The notes below the pieces were generated by a model. It was given only the letters and a program-made list of their open reading frames with translations, had not been told where the DNA came from and did no database searches. Shown here one piece after another: positions 27,061 to 32,000 of a stretch of 32,000 nucleotides of DNA. Source of the DNA: Nostoc punctiforme PCC 73102 (lineage in GTDB: Bacteria; Cyanobacteriota; Cyanobacteriia; Cyanobacteriales; Nostocaceae); the NCBI RefSeq assembly GCF_000020025.1, contig NC_010628.1, positions 7,530,001 through 7,562,000 of the forward strand, given 5' to 3'. Within the stretch, counting starts at the first letter, position 1, and each line of letters starts with the position of its first letter. The position numbers and the translations under genes are program-made.

Positions 27061-27753
27061 TCATAGAGGTTGAGTAGGAAAAAACGGAGCCAGCCAAAGT
27101 TGTATCTGGACATCCCAACCGAGAAGAATAGCAATTGCTGTTGCTGCGATCGCTACGCCACCAACGCGCTGCAACACTGCACTATGGGGGCGAAGATTGA
27201 GGATTCGTTGGCTGAATACTCGTCCACCGTAGGCGATCGCTAATAAAGGTAAACCTGCTCCGATTCCATAAACAACCAATAGCCAAAATGCACCTGCGAC
27301 TTGATGATTAACTGCCGCTAGAACTAAAATTCCTCCCAAAACCGGCCCAGCACAGGGAGTCCACAAAAGCCCCAACTGAGTTCCTAGCCAAAACTCACCC
27401 ATGAGTCCGATTCGTGTGGGTTTCTTAGCCAAATTGCCGACTGGAATATAAGTAAATATTCGGTAACTCCAGGTAGGAAAAATTGCAATTAATCCCAAAA
27501 ATAAAATAAGTGCGATCGCGCCACTCCTTAATAAATTAGCCAAACCCGTAAACCAGGCTGATGTTACACCAAGTAAGCTACCTGCCAGGGCAAAACTAGC
27601 AATTAATCCCCCTACCAGTGCTACTGGCCCGTAAGTATGCGATTGGAGCGATCGGCCTAATAGCACAGGCAAAATCGGTAAAACACAGGGTGAAAGGACG
27701 TTCAAAACTCCCCCCAATAAAGCCAGACTAATTGATAAAGTAGAAGTCGTCAT
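27061..27753 (-). CDS. ccdA: Cytochrome c biogenesis / thiol-disulfide transporter CcdA (DsbD family)
   Basis: The two signature cysteines sit in LSPCVLPILP and WTPCAGPVLG, within six TM helices. Confidence 0.88.
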   Translation of the reverse strand: MTTSTLSISLALLGGVLNVLSPCVLPILPVLLGRSLQSHTYGPVALVGGLIASFALAGSLLGVTSAWFTGLANLLRSGAIALILFLGLIAIFPTWSYRIFTYIPVGNLAKKPTRIGLMGEFWLGTQLGLLWTPCAGPVLGGILVLAAVNHQVAGAFWLLVVYGIGAGLPLLAIAYGGRVFSQRILNLRPHSAVLQRVGGVAIAATAIAILLGWDVQIQLWLAPFFPTQPL

Positions 27754-27761
27754 AATTCCTT

Positions 27762-28367
27762 CTACCCCAATAGCTGGCGGATAGTTTGCTCTATTTTTTC
27801 GTATGCCCCTTCACCAATATGGTCATATTGTAGTAAGCCCTGGCGATCGGCTAAAAATATATGTGGCCAATACTGATTTTCGTAAGCGTTCCAAGTTTTA
27901 TATTCGTTATCAACCGGAACCGGATAAGTAATTTTGTGTTGTTGTAACGCCTTTTTTATATTGTTTGGATCTCGCTCAAAAGCAAACTCTGGTGTATGGA
28001 TACCAATCACCTTGAGTCCCTGCGACTCATACTGCTGATGCCATTTAGTGATGTAGGGCAGAGTACGCTGACAGTTAATACAAGCAAAAGTCCAAAACTG
28101 TATTAAGATAACACTGCCTTTGAGGTCAGCGATCGCTAAAGGGCTAGAATTAAGCCACTGACTGATACCCTGAAACTCTGGTAAACTCTTACCTGCCGGA
28201 GTTTTCACAGTAGTTTCTAAGTCTTGCGTATTGTTACTTTTTGCAGGAGAAATAGAAGGGGCATTCACTTTTCTAAAGTTGGAAAATGTTGTAGCTGCAC
28301 CGATTCCGACAACCCCTAAGCCAAGATAAAAAAGTAACTGACGGCGGTAAAGTAGGTTGTGATTCAT
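27762..28367 (-). CDS. Periplasmic thioredoxin-like (TlpA/ResA/DipZ-C-type) protein
   Basis: FWTFACINCQRTLP is a CxxC redox motif in a redoxin fold. I chose the ATG at 28367 (MNHNLLYRRQLLFYLGLG...), which follows AGGAG; the ORF-track start at 28418 is TTG. Confidence 0.82.
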   Translation of the reverse strand: MNHNLLYRRQLLFYLGLGVVGIGAATTFSNFRKVNAPSISPAKSNNTQDLETTVKTPAGKSLPEFQGISQWLNSSPLAIADLKGSVILIQFWTFACINCQRTLPYITKWHQQYESQGLKVIGIHTPEFAFERDPNNIKKALQQHKITYPVPVDNEYKTWNAYENQYWPHIFLADRQGLLQYDHIGEGAYEKIEQTIRQLLG

Positions 28368-28478
28368 CAGAATTTCTCCTGTTGAGGTAAAAGCACCAAA
28401 GTATAGGGATTGGCTCAAAATTTTCCTGATAAGCAGCCCCTAATCTTAGTACAAAAAAAGTGAGATGCAAGGCTGTGG

Positions 28479-28874
28479 CTAGGGCTTGGTGGAAGCCGGG
28501 GATTGCTTCATAGCATCGCCAGCCTTATCTTTACCCATCGCATCTTTGCCCATAGCACCGCCAGCTTTATCTTTACTCATCGCATCGCCAGCTTTGTCTT
28601 TGCCCATCGCATCTTTGCCCATTGCATCGCCAGCTTTGTCTTTACCCATCGCATCTTTGCCCATTGCACCGCCAGCTTTGTCTTTACCCATCACATCTTT
28701 GCCCATAGCATCGCCAGCTTTATCTTTGCCCATAGCATCGCCAGCTTTATCTTTACTCATTGCAGGAGAGGCTTCAGGGGCAATTTGATTGTTGCTTGCA
28801 GGACTGCTAGAGCAAGCAGTGAGACTGGCGGTTAAGCTTAAACCAGCAATTAAACAAAGTATTTTCCAGTTCAT
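28479..28874 (-). CDS. Met-rich repeat lipoprotein (pentapeptide MXKDX-repeat type)
   Basis: It has a signal peptide and lipobox (LSLTASLTAC). About 12 repeats of M-G/S-K-D-(A/V or KAGDA) follow (AMGKDKAGDAMGKDVMGKDKAGGAMGKDAMGKD...). The repeat units are visible at DNA level from 28500 to 28760. Confidence 0.8.
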   Translation of the reverse strand: MNWKILCLIAGLSLTASLTACSSSPASNNQIAPEASPAMSKDKAGDAMGKDKAGDAMGKDVMGKDKAGGAMGKDAMGKDKAGDAMGKDAMGKDKAGDAMSKDKAGGAMGKDAMGKDKAGDAMKQSPASTKP

Positions 28875-29204
28875 AGTCTTCTTTCGTCCTTTGGATAGTT
28901 CTTTTTGTATTGATTGACTCAGAGGAAATTAAGCTAAAAGCAGATTCATAAAGGCTATTGAGATAAAGAAGATGCCTTCTTGTAGAGGATTTCATCAGAC
29001 ATTTACTACTGATGTTTGATTTATCCCGAACATCTAAAGTATCTCTATAATGGCTGAGAGCTTATTGAAACTAAGCCATAATTTTCATAAATTTATCCCT
29101 TGAGAAAATTTAGTTAATTCTCAGCATTTTCTCAGGTATTCATGGTAGCTCAAAGCCAAAATCTAATTTAGGTATTATTTCAGCAAAATCTCATACTGAA
29201 GAAT

Positions 29205-29231
29205 GTAGAGATGTAGCTGCTACGTCTCTAC
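29205..29231. repeat. Palindromic small dispersed repeat, GTAGAGATGTAGC-T-GCTACGTCTCTAC
   Basis: It has 13 bp arms with one mismatch. The outer arms match the palindrome at 11182-11205. Confidence 0.8.
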
Positions 29232-29531
29232 AAGGGTTGTCGATAACACACATCTAATTTTTGGAGATGTTTAATCCTAAGAGTTTCAGAACAAACCTAT
29301 CTCTGGCTGGCTATCCTGAACTTTGGAACATCCAAAAAATTGGTGCTTAAGACTTGATATGCGATGCCTACGGCAGCAAGCTACGCAACCCAATTTTCTT
29401 GTGTAATATTTTGTTAGTGAAGAATATCTGCGCTTTGATGATCCTGATACTAACCTATGGACAACAGAGGAACAAAGCGACTTTTAGAATATTTATGCAA
29501 ATCTGACCATCATACCAGCGCTAACTAGCGA

Positions 29532-29559
29532 TTAGGGCGGGCAGTATTACCCACCCTAA
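29532..29559 (-). terminator. Hairpin immediately downstream of rpmA
   Basis: TTAGGGCGGG (29532-29541) pairs with CCCACCCTAA (29550-29559) in a 10 bp stem with one G-U pair, 5 nt after the rpmA stop. There is no clear U-tract. Confidence 0.35.
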
Positions 29560-29563
29560 GACT

Positions 29564-29860
29564 TTAACTTGCTACTGCTTCAGCAGGGGCTGTCTCAACA
29601 GCAGTTAAAGGTAAATAAACACTAACTTTTTTACGGGTTTTGCCCTTTCTCTCAAACATTACAACACCGTCGATTAAGGCGAATAGAGTGTCATCGCTAC
29701 CAATACCGACGTTGTTACCAGGATGAAATTTGGTACCGCGCTGACGCACGAGAATGTTTCCTGCACGCACAACTTGACCGCCATAACGCTTGACACCCAG
29801 ACGTTGGGCATTAGAATCACGACCGTTGCGTGTACTACCTGTTCCTTTCTTATGAGCCAT
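29564..29860 (-). CDS. rpmA: 50S ribosomal protein L27
   Basis: It begins [29 protein letters not shown]..., and an AAGAGGAAA Shine-Dalgarno sequence lies upstream. Confidence 0.97.
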   Translation of the reverse strand: MAHKKGTGSTRNGRDSNAQRLGVKRYGGQVVRAGNILVRQRGTKFHPGNNVGIGSDDTLFALIDGVVMFERKGKTRKKVSVYLPLTAVETAPAEAVAS

Positions 29861-29890
29861 GATTTCCTCTTAATGTATCTACTTTTTTTA

Positions 29891-30298
29891 TTATTCAGCA
29901 GCGGTTTCAACTTCTTCGGCAGGAGTCTCATCTAAAACGGGGGTTTCCTTCTCCGCTTCTCCTTGGGCAACAAATACTTCACCGTTAAGGGTGATGGAGT
30001 CAATCATAAGTCTGGTAATTTCCTGACGATGCCCCCGTTTTTTGCGGGTTTTCTTTTTCGGCTTCATCTTGTATACCAAGACTTTACGACCTCTGTAATG
30101 TCGCATTACAGTCCCTTCTACAGTTGCACCTGTCACTAGTGGCTGTCCAATGCTGACTGCGCCATCGTGCTGCACGAGTAATACGGAGTCTATTGTAACT
30201 TTTTCATCTGGTTCGGTGGGAAGCAGTTCAATGTCATAAAACCGCCCTGGCTCTACTCGTATTTGTTTGCCGCCAGTTTCAATAATCGCGTAAGTCAT
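29891..30298 (-). CDS. rplU: 50S ribosomal protein L21 (with an acidic C-terminal extension)
   Basis: MTYAIIETGGKQIRVEPGRFYD is the canonical start at 30298, preceded by AAGGA. The 40 upstream codons in the ORF track are unlikely to be translated. Confidence 0.95.
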   Translation of the reverse strand: MTYAIIETGGKQIRVEPGRFYDIELLPTEPDEKVTIDSVLLVQHDGAVSIGQPLVTGATVEGTVMRHYRGRKVLVYKMKPKKKTRKKRGHRQEITRLMIDSITLNGEVFVAQGEAEKETPVLDETPAEEVETAAE

Positions 30299-30731
30299 GG
30301 AATTGTCCTTGAGGTTGCCGTACAGGTAGCTGGTTTTTATCTCGTTTAGAGAGGTTTTTGCCAGCTTTTGTAATATGTCTACCTGATCCGAGCAGGAATT
30401 AGACAGACAATCTAACATATTATTTTATCCACAGGTGCTAAGTCAAGCTTCCATTTGCCAAAATTCGTGATGGCGATCGCTTACCCAAAAATCAGAATTG
30501 ATACTTTTTATTGAAATACAGCTTCTATCTTAAGAGTGATTTTTACAAACTACTAGAAATATTTTAGATTCAAACTTATAGTTTCTTATCAAAATCTCCA
30601 CATTTCTCTTACTTATTTTAAAATTAAAATTACACAGCTTAATCTAATAGTTCTTTACAGAATTTAGTGAATCGAAAAAAATCAAATTACTACATTCAAA
30701 CCTGATATTGAAAACAGGAGATGGATTTGTC

Positions 30732-30965
30732 ATGACACAGCAAAATGCTACCCGACTTTTTCAAGCCGTAAAAAAAGATCAAGCATTGCAGCAAAAGCTT
30801 AAAGCAACAGCTGATCCAGAAGCTTTCATCAAGATTGCTAAAGAGCGTGGTTATGACTTCACAACTGATGAACTGGAAAATGAAATCAACAAGTTATCAG
30901 AAGAAGATTTAGCCGCCATTGTCAATCCAGGATGGGGAACTAGACGGCACATTCTTCCTAGATAA
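30732..30965 (+). CDS. Nif11-like leader peptide family protein (possible RiPP precursor)
   Basis: MTQQNATRLFQAVKKDQALQQKLKATADPEAFIKIAKERGYDFTTDELENEINKLSEEDLAAIV matches the Nif11-type leader. It is followed by the short tail NPGWGTRRHILPR. AGGAG lies 10 nt upstream of the ATG at 30732. Confidence 0.7.
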   Translation: MTQQNATRLFQAVKKDQALQQKLKATADPEAFIKIAKERGYDFTTDELENEINKLSEEDLAAIVNPGWGTRRHILPR

Positions 30966-31099
30966 TTCCTATTCTAGGAAACTGAAAATATAGGAACAAC
31001 TGAATTGACAAGTTTTGCTCCTCAAGGGGATACCGTTGCATCATCTCTTTTAGGGGCATTTCTGTGAAATTAAGCAACTCTGCTTCCCATCTCCCCACC

Positions 31100-31207
31100 C
31101 AATACTTTTCGGTTAAACCCAATAATCTCTCTTTTGGTCTGGGGAAAGGGAAATTCAAACCCTTTCCGTTTCCCCTTTCCCCCTTCCCCCTTAACCGAAA
31201 AGTATTG
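31100..31207. mobile_element. 108 bp MITE with perfect 17 bp TIRs and a 10 bp target-site duplication
   Basis: CAATACTTTTCGGTTAA (31100-31116) is the exact reverse complement of TTAACCGAAAAGTATTG (31191-31207). The element is flanked by identical TCTCCCCACC at 31090-31099 and 31208-31217. Confidence 0.6.
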
Positions 31208-31261
31208 TCTCCCCACCTGCCTAACTCATGAGTTAGGATGGCTATATTTTAATCAGGTGAT

Positions 31262-32000
31262 ATGGAAAGAATAGAAGTTGAGCAAAGAACTATTTTAATT
31301 GGTTTGGCAGGTAGCCACGGCTATGGTTTAAATCGTCCTGATTCAGACTTTGATTATCGGGGAGTATTTATCGCGCCCAAAAGGTACTACTTGGGATTTG
31401 ATCGTATAGAACAAAAAGATACTGGTTGGGATGAACCAGGAATATTTTCATTTTTGAATGGTAACAAAGACACAGTTATATATGAATTAAGAAAAATCCT
31501 CCTGTTATTAGCGGGTGCAAACCCCAATGTTTTAGAATTGCTCTGGTTAAATAACTATCCTTTTGTAAGCGCAGTCGGACAGCATTTAATTAATCATAAG
31601 CAGCTATTTTTGAGTAAGAAGGTAAAACATACTTACACTGGTTATGCCTTTGCTCAAATCAAAAAGATGGAAACTCATCGTAAATGGTTGTTAAAGCCAC
31701 CGCAAAAAAAACCAATACCATCTGACTTCGCCATAGAAGACGAAGCCCCCCTCAGCAAAGATGAGTTAAATGCTTTTCTGGAGTATCTTTATAACTTAAT
31801 CAGAGGACGAATTGAGTTTTTGGAAGAAGCGGAACAGTTATACAAATTGCTGACGGCAGATATTGATTTTAAAGGAGTGTTAAAACAATATACTTTACCC
31901 GATGAAACTTTAGAATATACTCAAAATTTAACCAATAGCCGTAAAGATTTTATCCGTCTGCTTCAAAAAAGCCAAAATTATCAAATAGCTTTAAGAGAAT
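31262..32000 (+). CDS. Partial CDS (runs off the right edge): nucleotidyltransferase, RlaP/Pol-beta-superfamily type
   Basis: My translation from the ATG at 31262 is MERIEVEQRTILIGLAGSHGYGLNRPDSDFDYRGVFIAP..., and it stays open to 32000. The GSxxYGxxxxxSDxDxRGV motif is typical of PF10127-type nucleotidyltransferases. Confidence 0.7.
   Translation, partial: MERIEVEQRTILIGLAGSHGYGLNRPDSDFDYRGVFIAPKRYYLGFDRIEQKDTGWDEPGIFSFLNGNKDTVIYELRKILLLLAGANPNVLELLWLNNYPFVSAVGQHLINHKQLFLSKKVKHTYTGYAFAQIKKMETHRKWLLKPPQKKPIPSDFAIEDEAPLSKDELNAFLEYLYNLIRGRIEFLEEAEQLYKLLTADIDFKGVLKQYTLPDETLEYTQNLTNSRKDFIRLLQKSQNYQIALRE

Noticed and set aside
26946-27134. 62 aa ORF between or over the ccdA end and the cytochrome b gene
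   Set aside because: It overlaps the ccdA 3' end out of frame and is composed of short-repeat sequence, so it is not credible as coding.
28486-28835. Two plus-strand ORFs (100 and 110 aa) with repetitive SLPIA / IFAH peptides
   Set aside because: They are antisense read-through of the MXKDX repeat gene. The minus-strand frame has a signal peptide, a lipobox and a Shine-Dalgarno sequence, while these have none.
30299-30418. 40-codon N-terminal extension of L21 in the ORF track
   Set aside because: The conserved L21 start MTYAIIETGGKQ at 30298 has its own AAGGA ribosome-binding site. The extension has no similarity to L21.
30958-31158. 66 aa minus-strand ORF
   Set aside because: About a third of it (31100-31158) lies inside the MITE and the rest in the flanking intergenic sequence, and it has no start context.

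Overview
This 32 kb window looks like chromosome from a filamentous, Nostocales-type cyanobacterium. The HIP1 octamer GCGATCGC is very frequent, small dispersed palindromic repeats are present, and the gene content is typical. All family names come from motifs read in the translations; no search was run. Housekeeping anchors are uvrA (17034-19922, with a consensus cyanobacterial LexA box upstream) and rplU-rpmA (29564-30298). Other ordinary genes are an HDAC-family deacetylase, an MscS channel, an MBL hydrolase, a VOC protein, an SLH-domain envelope protein, two alpha/beta hydrolases, a Ser/Thr kinase, a GHL10 glycosidase, DUF1206 and DUF2358 proteins, and a pentapeptide-repeat protein. Five things stand out. 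(1) The left end carries a giant Upf1-like SF1 helicase (about 1490 aa) with an IF2_N-type N-terminal domain and a roughly 700 aa coiled-coil insert between helicase motifs I and II. Its downstream partner gene has been displaced by about 2.2 kb of inserted DNA (a frameshifted ISKra4-like IS plus a MITE-like element). A 47 bp relic of the original overlapping gene junction is still visible. This is my best candidate for an undescribed, Mokosh-like defence module. (2) A five-gene minus-strand operon (25629-28874) encodes a Met-rich MXKDX-repeat lipoprotein, a periplasmic thioredoxin-like protein, CcdA, a cytochrome b and an MsrP/YedY-like Mo-oxidoreductase. It is a candidate envelope methionine redox module. 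(3) Region 15.2-16.9 kb is a scar zone with a truncated kinase tail, an AAA-like gene fragment, a PD-(D/E)xK protein, a 5.2-copy 42 bp tandem array and a truncated Uma2 gene. (4) There is a DUF6883/DUF4926 toxin-antitoxin-like pair. (5) An orphan Nif11-type precursor sits next to a 108 bp MITE with a perfect 10 bp target duplication. No tRNA, rRNA or CRISPR array was seen.
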